DNA of 64,000 bases, taken from Daphnia carinata. Its lineage: Eukaryota. Below are positions 36,701 through 49,999 of this stretch, in pieces; within the stretch, counting starts at the first letter, position 1, and every line of letters starts with the position of its first letter. The stretch spans positions 10,168,001-10,232,000 of the forward strand of contig NC_081333.1 in NCBI RefSeq assembly GCF_022539665.2. The letters run 5' to 3'. Under the pieces are notes generated by a model. That model searched no databases, was not told the DNA's origin, and saw only the letters and a program-made list of their open reading frames with translations. The position numbers were made by a program, and so were the translations under genes.

Positions 36701-39700
36701 GTTTGACTGAACTGTCGGGTCGGTGCGCGCAATTACACGCCACTTGTCGATAACCTGCAACTAACTGGAATGGCTTCCGTTGGCTTCCTTCTTAAAGTTC
36801 CCGAGGAAAAGAAAAGTCCTAGTTCCCCGTAGTGTCGTTTCCTGTCTAGCGGAAAATTGGGTTTGATATGTTCTCAGAAGCATCAATTTGCAAACGATCA
36901 AGCAAGATAAATGCTGAAATACAATATTGCCCATGTTTAAGAATGACTCTTTATTCGTGCAAATATGATCAATAACATTTCTTCTGTTTTCTTCCTCCTG
37001 TTTTTTTTTTTTAGTGACGTGTCTGACATCGAGCGTGCTTACACTCACTGCCATTTCTTGCGACCGCTTCATGGCCGTCATGTATCCTCTCCGAGTGGTA
37101 AGATTCGATCATCGATCATAAAAAAAAAAAAAAAAAAATGATACCAAGCTAAACAAAACGCATCTATTCTTTATCACGTGAAATATGCTATAGCGTATCA
37201 CACAGTGTCGAGCGCGGGCCGTCATCATATCCATTTGGATCATCTCCATCACTGTGGCGCTTCCCTTTGCCGTCTACCGGAAACTCTTCGAAATTCAAGT
37301 GCGTTTTTTTCCTACATATTCATTTTTTTTGTTCTCCATTGCAGTTTTATATTTTTAACCAGACAGAATAACTTGAAAACTGTTCAGTTGTACACTACGA
37401 AGCTTAATATTCAGCAATTTCCAAGTTTTTGAAAAATAAGAACTCCATTAATGCAAATTTTAATAACTTTCTAGCTAAAAAAGAAAATCATGGCTACATA
37501 GTTTTGAACGGAAATAGCGTACGCCAGATACAAGTTATGCACACCAATTTCTGTATCACGAGCACAATACTGCAGTCATGTGTATATATCGACAGTACAT
37601 TGCACTTATCCAAATTCCTTGCGAACTAGGTCTTGATCGGATTGACTGTCTTCTTTGCCTTATATTATTGTAGCGAATAAAACATACACTACATTTATCA
37701 TAGATACTATAGAAGGCTCGAGAGTGCTACAAAAAACTCTACGAGGTTTTACATTTGCAATCGGATGAACATTTCATTTCATTTGAAAAAAAAAATTTCG
37801 TTGTGATGCAAAGATATTGATTGGGGTATCAGATACATTGCCAGATGATTGCAAAGTGTTGATGGTGCAAAAATCGATTAACAGAGGCCAATTTACTTAT
37901 GAGCATTACGTGATGGGTGAACGCAGCGCAACCAGATGAACCCTAATATCACGTACTCTATATTTACGATAACAAAAGAGGCCGATGGTAGGGACTTTAG
38001 GTCGTGCTTATTGTTATCTAGATCTCCAACTTGCTCTAGTAGATTCTTCGATTACTTTTTCGATTCATTTAGTACAGTTTGCATCAACACAACGCTTCTT
38101 GTGCTACATCTATTAATAGTGAGAAATGATCATAATCTGAGATCGATTATGCGCATATTTTCCCACCAATTCATCAATGTCGTGCTGTGGTTCTCTGTTG
38201 CAAGGCAACTACTAAAAATCCCATTTGTTTCAATGCCGGCGTTCAAACTAGCTGCTTTTAACGAGAAGGAAAAGGCGCTAGTGAATGTCTATTATTTGCT
38301 TTGCAGTGGAGAAATGCATTGGAGGTAACGTGCCAGGAGACATGGCCAAGTGTATTACTATACGATCCGAAATCTTCATCGTGCATTTCACGTGTCTGGC
38401 CTAAAACAGTCTACTATTCATTGGTAAGTTGTCGTGTAATTGTATTCCCTCGTACCATTGTTTGTGGTATAAACGCACGGTTGCATCTCTATAGGTGTCT
38501 GCCGTGTTATTCTTCCTACCGATTGTGGTTATGTCCATCGCATACACACTGATTATCGGCCGTCTCTGGGGTTCCAAACCACCGGGAGAGAAGATGGATG
38601 CAGCACTTAGCAATCAAGCCCGAGCAAAGAGAAAAGTAAGTTTTGTCTTACCGTCTCGTATAAATAACTTTCATCCGCAAGCAATTTAACCATCGATCCA
38701 TGGATTGAAATTCTATAGAAAATGATGGTACTAAAGTCTGGGAAATAGAATAAAAAATTTTCATTACATGAAACTGGGAAGTATAAAGCACGTCAGTAGA
38801 GCATGATGTAAAAAAAAAAAAAGACAAGGGATGGATGATTGCCCCGACGGAGGACACGTCGGCACGCGCTTCCATTCTGGACAGCATATTTGATGTCTAT
38901 CGTTAGACAATATGCGTCCAATCGTATCTGCCCAGCGCCGCTTCCTTTCTCTTTCTATGGCAAAAGTTGATGGGGCCAACTCCGTGTGTGAAGGCAGGCT
39001 AGCAACTACACTTAAAAAGAATCATCTTGGCCGCCGGCATGTGAACAAGGAAGTTTCAACTCAAGTAAATGCTCGAAAAAAAACTTAGACCGGCATTGAG
39101 TCGCACTTTTCTATTTTGAGGGTTAAGCAACATTTAACAAAAAAAAAAAGGCTTTTACTTTAGAATAAATCTCTGCTGAAGTGAGTTTGATAAAAAATTG
39201 GGCAGGGCACTTTATGGCGTGCGGATATTAACTTCCACCGCCTTTGCAGGTTTTTACGTTGACTAGAAAGTGAAGGGCGTGGCAGGTTGAAATTCAAATT
39301 AGTTAATCAATAATGACTAACTCTGAAAGCCCTTTCTCATTTGAAATGACAAACGTTGAAGATAAACGTCCTTTTGACGTTATCGATCTGAACTGAAATA
39401 TGTAATTAAATGCCGACCGTCAATAGAAGCTCCGGAGGAATGTTTAAAATTAGAAACTTTGTTTGCGGACTGATATTTCTACAAATTATAGAGATAGAGC
39501 TGGAACGGATTTGCGTCAAGAATAAATAATGATACTGTAGAAGTTTCTGCTTTATCAGGTTGTGAAGATGGTGTGCGTTATCATGCTGGTCTTCATCATA
39601 TGCTGGGCACCCCTACAGGTCCTTATCCTCTTCGCTCAATTCAGCCACAATTCGCAGGAATTTGGCGAGGTAAATCATATACGTTTCACGTTACACGTTC

Positions 39701-41970
39701 TATCGATAACTATGCAAAAACAATTTAATTTTCTTTTTTTATTGTAGTTACCTGAGTGGTACGACCAAGTCATGTTTTTGGTATATTCCATCGCTTATAC
39801 CAACTCAACTTTAAATCCCTTACTTTATGGTGGTCTCAATCAAGTAAGAAAAAAGAATTTAACAGGCACTTATGCTGTCCAACTTTTACAAACTCATAAT
39901 CTTGGATCGTTTTGTGTGGCACAGACCTACAGAAAGACGCTTATTCGTGTCTTATTCCGCAAATGTTGCAAGTGGCGAACAAACCGGAGCTCCGCCATTT
40001 CTATGCAAGGTACACAAAAACTTGGGGCTGGGATCTAATTTTGAGGGCATGTCTTCTTTCATGTCGGCATAAAGATTAGACACATTTCAGTGGTATAAAA
40101 CTAGTCAGTACAAAGAAATGGCCAGGAGGCCTGCGCGTTTCCCGACGGAATAGCGTACAACTTTCTGGTGGCTGGCCATATAATTAAAAAGATTGTCTCT
40201 CTGTTCTCTTGCATTCGACGCGCAAACACTAAGATCTTCATCTGTTCACTACAATTTTCAAGAAGGGCCCTGATTTTACATGCTACCGCGTGAAGGAAGC
40301 TGACAGAATAACTAATACGGCCGTGCAAGTTAACAGGGCCTGTCGCTGATTCAGTTTCATGGAAAGCATAGATTTGTAGAAAAGCTAGACACACAATCCT
40401 CAGACAGATACAGGCCTCCAGTCGTCTACGATTATACTAGATTTTTAAAATTGAGTTCAAGACGTCGTCGACAATGAAACTTATTGAGCGAACGCAGTTG
40501 AATGGCTACGCAGAAAGGAATGCAGTGTGGTGCGTTGGGCGGAACGAACGCGTCATAGGCAGTGACAAAAGAAACGTCTACGGCAAGGGTGCTAGCAAAA
40601 AAAAAAGGAATATGTATAGTAGACGGGCTGAAGCATTTGCTATGCAGGAGGCTCACAACGTTTTCCGTGGAAAGGGGGACAAGAAATTTGTACTCAGCAG
40701 TTAGCAACATCCGAACCAATGCTACATAGAATTTTTAAAAGAAGAAATGTGTGCAGTATGTTCAACCAACGTTTTAAATTTTAGAGAAAAGGAACACAAA
40801 AGACTAGTGTTTGTCATGTACTCGACGTCCGCGGAATACCAACATTTATAGGCAGCTGCTCGTTTACACAAGAGAGTTATTATTCTGGTACATGTTTCGG
40901 AGTTGAACCAATCTATTCGCGCAAACTTCCGTTCTTGTATAAACAAAAACGAATCAACACCGAGATCGTGGAAAGGTTGGGTTCATAGGGTCTTTTTGAT
41001 TCTTTTTTTTTTCAATGAGGACGCTTTCAGTATTTGTTCGATGAACTCGCATCAAGTATGATAAGAATTTCTTTTTCCTCCGAGCTTTAAATGCGAAGAA
41101 TAAATTGAACGAAGATTCAATAAAATTCGTCTTATTTTAGTCGCGCCGTTATGGCAATAATCAATTCCGTCCTGGAAATAAAACGTATTCGAAATTCAGG
41201 GCACATTGAAGTAAAAAAGAAATGAAGCGCAATCAGCTACAGTTAACCCAATAAAATAGAAGGGGAATAATAGCAAATTGCTTTGCATTCCGTGTTTGTA
41301 TATCATTGGCGAGTATTAAAGTATGAATACTCGAGAACGCGCATACTTCAAACCTTGCACAAGAACAAAAAAGGCAGTAACCCCGATCCTTTAAGGGTAA
41401 AATCAAATCAGGGAACAAATATGATTCGATTTATTTTTTTATGCACTTTCAGCGTCATTTAATTTCTGTGAAAAATAGGTTCGATTCAGATGGCAGAATT
41501 TCGCACATTTCCACGTGCTGGTGTTTGCAATAATCATCTGAGCAATACGACACATTCGACCCGATTCGCCGTTCGCCGAGGAGCAAATAACCTCAACCAG
41601 CAGACGGATGGTATGTTATTCATCGCTAATATCAATTGGTTTAATTTCAGTTGCTCATCAGTAACATTGACGTTAACTCCTTCGCCGTTATTTAGCAATC
41701 AGCGTCCAGCAACACAATCGGCTAAGCGTTCGCATTTCAACTACCGTGGCAACATCGTCTCTTAGGTGCCACTTGCCAGCGACGTCGGCCGTAGCCATTC
41801 ATCCACCGCCCGCAACATCTGCGACTGTTCAGATGGAATATCAGACGGCTCATCCGGCCGATTCAACCATTGCTTGTGAAACACCTGATCGTGAAATGAG
41901 ATTCTCCGTCTCCAGAGCCAACCGTTCGCGAACGGCCAGTCATCGTCGCAGGCAGGAATTGCTCGGTTAG
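30774..41970 (+). CDS. Rhodopsin-family (class A) neuropeptide-receptor-like GPCR (SIFamide/QRFP/tachykinin-receptor neighbourhood; ligand not assignable)
   Basis: Approximate exons: 30774-31076 (TM1 GN), 31381-31508 (NLAVAD, CK), 37015-37097 (CDRF), 37194-37298 (TM4 W), 38307-38423, 38495-38635 (FFLP), 39559-39669 (CWAP), 39748-39843 (NPLLY), 39925-40009, ~41480-41610 and ~41696-41970. They join in frame via GT-AG introns; the last two exons are less certain. Confidence 0.9.
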
Positions 41971-42464
41971 CGTGTCGGCTGAAAGGAACGTCTCCTTATT
42001 TATGTGCCCACCCAAATAAAAAAGAATTAAGCGCAGCAGGAATTGATGCTAGTGCGCATTGAATACTCGGATTCTAGCGTGGAATTCTTCAGGTGTTCCT
42101 GCATCCTTTTCAACATCCCATAATAATAATAATCATAAAATAAAACTTCTATATCCTTTGCATCCCAATGCCGTGCTGTGTAAAGGCTGGTGCTGAATAC
42201 ACGCCGGAGTAAATGCGAGAAATCTTTTTTTGACGGAAAAATAAAGTAGGTAAGCCCTATCGAGAAAATCCAGTGCTGTGTGTTATATATTTGGCGTATG
42301 CAATGCTTCTTTCCAACCTTCTGTACAAAATGAAAAAAAAAAAAATCAAACGAGAACAAAGAGAGAGAGTGAGAAAAGATGGGGAGACATAATAAGGGAC
42401 AGCGCGGAAACGGGCAAACGTGAAAATAACGAGGAACGTAAAAAGACACTGCATAGAATATTTG

Positions 42465-42509
<45 letters not shown>
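42465..42509. repeat. (TA)n microsatellite
   Basis: Near-perfect AT dinucleotide run. Confidence 0.9.
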
Positions 42510-42512
<3 letters not shown>

Positions 42513-44550
42513 GTTATATGTAACATACGATGACAAAGAGAATAAAACGAACAAAGAGGGAGGAATATTATCATATGAAATTTGCCGTTTTTTCTTACAA
42601 AAACCATCAGGGCGCAAAATCTTTGCCTTCAATTCGCCTTTTTTTTATTTTTATTTTGCCTGTTTGCTGCTTCTGTTTGATATTCAATATAGTACAAACA
42701 ACTGTGTTCAGGGAGACGACACGAAAATGAAAAATGGATCGATTTCTAACGCCAGGGAGATGAGGGACTGGCATATTACGGAGCGAGGCAATGTGTTAAC
42801 AGACCTGTATTTTCGTGACAATAGTGTTATTTTCTTCGCGTGTTTCTCTTAGACTGGGACAGATTACGATCTGTTTCCATCGATCGGTCTCTTACTATGA
42901 AGAATTTTTTTGTAATTATTATTTTCTTTTTTTAAAATAAAAAGGAAAAATGAGAGAAGAAAATGTTTTCTTGGAAAAATTGTCTAACCTACCAATCGCG
43001 AGAATATGACAGTCATGTAATAAACAGATCAGAAAGAAGCTTATCATTAATTTCAGACCACTGAAAGCAAAATTAGCTTATTCGTTTTTATTTACAATGA
43101 TTTTCATTTTGTTTGTTCGGCTGCGATTGCGCTCTTATTTCAACCCATTTCTTCGTCTAATAATTCACTTAAAGGATGGTATGATTGACTATAAAAAATA
43201 TGTCCCTATCTCTACGGTAACCGCACATTCAAAGCCAATTTTGTAGGGAAATCAACGACAAAAAAAAGACTTAAACAAACGACCTCTCGTACATAAAAAA
43301 TATATGATCGAGAAACTATTAGCACTTTTATATCTTGATACTCACAATCTTTTTTTTAATGTTTCGCAAACATTTCTTTTTTTTTTTTTTTTTTTTTTTG
43401 TTTTTGCTGGAATATTATTTTCTTTTTCGCTTTCGCATACATAGCGGTACAAGTCGCATTATATGATTCAATAAAAATGACAAAGAGGAAATGAGACAGA
43501 GAGAGACAGGCAAAAAAAGTAAAGAATAATAATACAATATGTCAATACCGCATAGATGAAATCAGGAATACGTATGAGGAGACGCATCGAAAGCAATCAA
43601 ATTTTTGTCCCTAATTTGCATCGGCGTCATCCCCCCCTTTTTTTCTTTTGTTTTTATTTTTTTTTTATCTCATTTGCTTTTCTTAGGAGCCAGAGAGTAG
43701 GGCAGGGCAAGAGGGAGAGATAAACATTTCTGTACAACACTTTGTCTTCATCTATAATTTTTTTTATGTCTTCCTCTTTTGCTTGAAGCATATCATTTGG
43801 GTGGGGAGGGATCGGAGAGGACAAATTCTATAGACTCTTTTCTACATTATACACGGGCAAAAGAAAACACTTGTTCCAAACAATTGCAGAACATAGAAAA
43901 AGGGGAAATAGGAAATAAAAAATACACATTTCCTAGAAGAAAAAAAAACTAAGCAAAAATAAACACCTGAACAGAGATGATTAAGTTTGATAAGCTTCGT
44001 GTGTGAAGTTCGACGCAAATAACTTGATATTTCAGACAAAAGAGTTTGTACGCTCCGTTCACCATTCACGTTTGTTTGTTTTTCCATCTTCTTTTAGTTT
44101 TAATATGCTTACTTTTGTTTTCGCTCATTTCGATCAACTCAAACTGAAAGGCGGGTAAATGTGGGCGGGGAGACGAGGAAACAACTTCTTTGGCTTCATT
44201 GTTTTTCTTTTCTCCTACATGTGTGTGTGTGTGTGTGTGTGTTCATTGTTTTAGTTTTCTTGCTTCCCTTCTTTGTTTTATTTTGTACAAAAAATGATTG
44301 AAATTTGATGACGCTTAATGAGCCATCACAATCGGCCGGTCATCCACACTTCCTGCTGCGTAACACTCGTTGAAACTGGACGATACAGAAATTTCTCCAA
44401 AAAAAATTCATCACTGGGTTTTTTTTTCTTTTGTTTCTCCCCTTTAAAAAAATTCAGTTTGCCCACGCTCGATTGTGTCAAGCAGGGTCGGTGCTGGGCA
44501 AGAAAATTCAGATTGCAAGCGTCTGATGCTTAGGCTAGAAGGACGTTCAT

Positions 44551-47500
44551 CTAGTCAAACAAGGCCAGCAGGTCATCGTTAGTGCTGTTGACACATAGGC
44601 TTCCGGTGCTGAGTTGACCGCTGAGGCTGTTGCCACCACCACCGACGCTACTGCCGCCACTTGAAGGTGGCGTCGCTAGTTCAGGTGGATCCAGGTAGGA
44701 GAGTAAATCCATCGGATCTACTACACTGTCCGGCAGTAACTGTTGGAAAATCAATACATTGTCATTGCTCAACAGCGTTCCAGTGAAAAAAACAAAGAAA
44801 GTCTTTAAAACTTACGTTTAGACCTTCTTGGCCTTCACCGCCACCGTCGATGACGGCCGCTGGATCGAAATTCAAATCAGAGGAAAGATCCAACTGGGCC
44901 AACGCGTCGTTTCGTATCGCTTGCTGCTGTTGCTGCTGTTGCGACTGTTGTTGATTCTGTTGCTGTTGCTGATGACCCATGTTCAACATATTGGCCGGCG
45001 TTTGCGGTGCGTGAAGACTTCGATGGCTGCTGCTTGGTGCGCTAGTGTTGCTATTGCCGCTATTATTGCCCGTCACAGGCATATTGCCTGATCCCGGCCC
45101 AAGGAGAATGCCCGCATTGTTTAACGAGGCGCTGTTCACCAAAGAATTCATCTACGTTTATCAAATAGAAAACAATCAAATAACAATTAAGATTTCAATC
45201 ATTTTTGAAGAAATCGTTTGAATGTAATACCTGTTCGTTGAGAGATTTGCCCATGGAGTTGAGTGGATCGAGTGAGTTGACCGAGTCCATCAGATTGCTC
45301 AACGGGTCTTGGCTTGGTGTGGTGCTCATCGTGTTGCCGGACATGCCACTGCCACCGACCGAGTTCCAATCGCCGCCGTTGAGGATATTGTCGAAAGGAG
45401 ATCCGATGGCACTATTCGTCATGATCTGACCGGCGCTGTTACTTCCATTGCTGCCCGTCATGCCGTTCATCATGGAACCGCTTGCTATACCTGCACACGC
45501 TTTGTTACGTCAAACTTCTTGAAGGTCAAGATAAGATTTTCATTACTGTTCATGTCGGGCGGACAGAAAGGGGACAAGGACTGGCCCAAATCCCAGTTGG
45601 GCATGGTCGGTAAGGTCACGCTACCCGGTGACATCACTTTGGCTCTCTTGGAGCCGTGGCAGGACGTTTCTTGGCCGCCGTCGTCCTCCGTTTTGACGCT
45701 GGCTCCCATTAATTTCTGATTAACCGGCCGCCAGTTGGCGGCCGAATCAATGGTCACCTCCTCGGCGTCAGAGGCGCTGCTGCTGTTGGAGCTGAGCGTG
45801 TTCAGTATGCCCCACAAATACTGGTCGATCTCGAGTCCCTCGAGCAATGCCGTTTTACTAAGAAAATAAGAGAAAAGGGTTCGAGGAATAAGAGTAAATG
45901 AAAAGAATGCGGGCCGTTGATCTCAATCTCTCTCTCTCTCTCCAAAAAAACGTCAAAAACGATGGATGGAACTGGGTAAAATTTTTCAAGACAACGATCA
46001 GCCAGAACTTACTTGCAAACGGGACATTTCCAAGAGCCTCGATCGCAGTTCATCTGAAGGTAGGATTCCAGATCGAAGCACTGGATGTGTTTGCACTCGT
46101 GCCCTCGGGCCGGCAACGCTATCCGCTTGAAGGTGATGGGGCATTTTAATGAGACCTGTTTCGCCCGTCGGAAAAAGAATCGTGACACGGCACCAGGAAA
46201 AAAAAAAAATGAAATGAAAAAAGTGAGTATATAAATCCGGCAACAATGACAACAACTAAACAACAACAACAAAAAAAGAAAACCATGACGGGCTACGTCA
46301 CGGATCGTGGCAGGTTGTCATTCAAATCACCTTGATGGCTGTTTGCTCAACTCCGTCGCCGTCGCAACCGTTGCCCGTCGGGCTCGTGGAAGAGACGGCG
46401 CCGTTGGCCGCGGCCGCGGCCGCTACGCTGTTGAAATTGCGTTTGATCTTGGAAATGCAGAGGTCAGCGGGCAGCAACCGCTTGCGGTAAAGGCCTTGCA
46501 GAACCGATCGAACGCTCGGTCGGTGGACCACTTGCAGGACAAACAAATGCGACTGTTGGATTTGGCATTGCCCAATAAAGATATGGTTAATTGATTTACT
46601 TGTGGGTTGTAAGATCAATTGATGTGGATCATCTATGTTGTAACTTACGCAACAACAAGCCGAGACTGTGATCTGGATTGTGTTGCGCCCAACTTGACAG
46701 ACATCTTTGAGGTAGAGCGGCTTGTGGGCCGCTTTATTCTCTCCTCGGTCAATGTTGAGTGGAGTGGCGTTGACCGACACCTGGACGCTCGCAGGCCAAT
46801 TGGTATTCATGGCTCTGTCTTCGTGGTGGAAGCATTTCAGCTGCAGTTCCAAATCGTTTCTGTTGTTTATTTGTGTGTGTGTGTGTGCGTCATTTTTATT
46901 TTTTGGTTAGGATGTCGACCCCCCGCGAAAAAGACGAAGAAAAAAAATGAAAATAAAAGGAATTCGGAGATTAGAAAAACCTGTTCGTCTCGCAAGATTA
47001 AATTGCTGTTTTACCTCCACATGATGGTCTGATGAACTGTTGGCTTCAGCTGGAACACGTGGTTGCTGACAGCCAGGTTGTGCTCGAGCCGGAAGGGCGA
47101 TAACAGGATACCGTCTCGAACAGGGAAAGTCAATCGGAGTTCGTCGTCTTCTAAAGAAAACAAACGAGAACACGAATTCAATGTCAGTCAATTTCTTCCT
47201 TTTTTTTTTAACAGACAAAAGAAAAATGCCCATCGTAAATCTAACGGCCGCTTGTCCCCTTTTCTTCTTAGTATCACTTTGTGATCGTTCCAAAATGTTG
47301 ATGTTGAATAAAAAGGTTCCTTCGCTATGTTTGTACGATAAGTTTAAAAAATAAAAAGCTTAAACTCACTAGGCTGCCCCAACGCCAACGTAGGTTTGAT
47401 GTCGCTGTTTGGACTTGCGAAAGGCGGTAGGTTAGCTGCCGGCGTCAATGGAGGCGTCGGATTGCCGGGAATGGGACTGTGCTGGAATCCCGCACCAACC

Positions 47501-49722
47501 GGAGGCTGTTGTGGCTGCTGCTGTTGCTGGAACTGCAGTTGTGCGGGTTGCTGTTGCTGCTGTTGCAGCATTTGTTGTTGTTGTTGAGACGGGTTTTGTA
47601 TCATCATCGACTGCAACAAGAAAATCAAAGTTTCAGTTTATCGTTTGCCAATAAATCCCATTATTTGAGTGTCACCTGTTGCGAGGGATAAAATTGTTGT
47701 TGTTGCTGTTGTTGTTGTTGATTGACCATATTGCCGTTGCCATAGCCATACTGGGCTCCATTGCCAGTGGTTGCAGTATTGTATCCCATGTTCATGCCGT
47801 TCATGCCGTTCATGTTGTTCATCGGTCGGAGGTTGGCCCCGCCGTTCATCATGCCACCTCCTCGCTGCATTTGAACGCCATTCGGGTTTTGGTATCCACC
47901 TGCGCTTTGCATGTTTTGCATCGACTGGTATTGTTGTGACTGCTGCTGTTGTTGCTGAGGTCCAGCAGCGAAACCCGGTCGCATGCCCATGTAACCACCC
48001 TAAACAATGACGAACGAAAGCGAGCGTTGAATGTAACGAACGCGCAAATAGGGATGAATATTTTACCTGAGCCGGGCCGTACATAGACTGGCCGTAATTA
48101 TTCATTTGTTGCTGTTGTTGCTGTTGTTGCTGTTGTTGCTGCTGCTGATGTCGCTTTTGCGAACTGTGTTGGGCAGCGTTAGGATAAGGTGCGTGCCGGC
48201 CACGATACATCGGGCTGTTCATGCCCGCCTGTCCCGACCCGTACGGATCCTGCTGTCCATTCAAAACCATACGGCACATTTGACATCCCATCGTAGTTTA
48301 TAAAATCAACTCTCATTTGTTTTATTTTTTTACCTGCTGCATGGAGGACATTTTAGTCATTCCATTGTGCTGGAAGCCGCCGACAGGGCCGTTGTTCATC
48401 ATCATGTTACCACCGGCTCCTGAATTATTTCCAGTTGTTGCCATGTTGTTCATGACGGGTCCCATCATGCCGCTGTTCATCACAGGACCGAAATTACCTT
48501 GGCCGTTGGACACTCTCGTCTGCTGTTGCATCATGCCATATTGGTTGACACCATTAAAGCCTTGTTGGCCCATGCCGCCCATCTTATAAAACAATTCGAA
48601 ACGTTAGTGAATTGAAAACGAGAGGGTAGACGAAATCTTTTTGAATTCAACCGCGTCCTAGTTCGAGAGTTTGCTCACCTGATTGTAACTGAGATCGTTG
48701 CGCTCGTTGTGCTGCTGCTGCTGCTGGAGACCGACTGAGGTGACTGCATCCGGTGGAGTCACTCCGGGTGTCGGTGTTCCCATTCCACCTTGATAACTGT
48801 TGTGGTACACAAACGATGATGACAGCGGCAATCGACGCCAGCGAGAACCATGGAGAAGGACAACGATGCGAGCACAAGGAACAAAAATGAAAAAGAATTG
48901 TTATTTTTTAAAGAAATATGTTTCACTAAAACTAGGAAAGAAATGGGGCTATAACACGTCCACAGGCACGCAATACACAACTGTCCGTCGTCACAATCCA
49001 ATAGGCATTGAGCCGGGTACGACAGTGACACAGACACACAGGAACCAGCTGAAGAGGTTGGCGGCTGTGTGAGTGTGTGTGTCTGTGTGTGTGTGTCTAT
49101 ATGTTTTATTATTTGTATTTTTTTTTTCTCCAACCCTCGATGAAACATCTGCGTTGGTGAGGAGGCAAAAGCGGAGGGAAAAGAGGGGGGGGGGGGGGCA
49201 GGAATGGGGGTTGGGGCTGAATGGGCCGGCAGACGGCATTCAGGATGAATGGAACATGTGTGTGTGTGTGTGATCGGCAAGAGCGTGTGGTAGCATTGGG
49301 GGTAGTAAGGAAACGGGAATTGTTATAAACAATTTTTTTCCATATAGACAGGCTGGAGGTAGAAGAGAGGGAGAAGCGATTGATAAAGAGATAGGGTGAC
49401 TAGCATAGGGGTGGAAGGGTGGGAGGGGTAGATGAAGACTGTCCTCAAGTTTTTCTTTCTGTTCTCACCTGGCTGCCGTATTGGTTCGAAACGATGCGGC
49501 TGTCGAGGACGAGGAATTCTTGGCAGAGGACGACTGGTGTATAGGCTGTGATGATGGTAGCCGTTTGTGACGGACGGATTGTCCGACGACTGACCGACGA
49601 AAGAGGAGGGCACCGATGCCGATCCGACAGTCGACCCGCTCGCGCCCCAACTGGACGCCCCCGTCACTACCGACAGCTGCTGTTGCTGCTGCTGCTGGGC
49701 TCCGCCTCCCGACGACCAGTCA
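44551..49722 (-). CDS. ZMIZ1: Zinc finger MIZ domain-containing protein (ZMIZ1/2, tonalli-like), multi-exon; true start not located
   Basis: QQLSVVT motif, [120 protein letters not shown], and C-terminal DLLSYLDPP...NDDLLALFD*. Confidence 0.95.
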
Positions 49723-49999
49723 CTGTCCACACAAAGACGCAGCCGAATGTCCGAACGTATGCAGGAAAATCAAACAGCATTCAATCAAACAAAGAAAAGA
49801 GAAACGGACATCGTTAGACAACGTGTTTTATTTCACTAGAACCTTGAAATTGCGACGGGAAAAAAAAAAGAACAGACGCTCACGAATGTGTACACACTGC
49901 TGCTGTGCACACATGCACACACATAAAGGCCATTCTGAATTCAACCTTGCGGGACCCCCGGCACCCACGTACTTGTAGCTACAGGTACATTTTTTCTTT

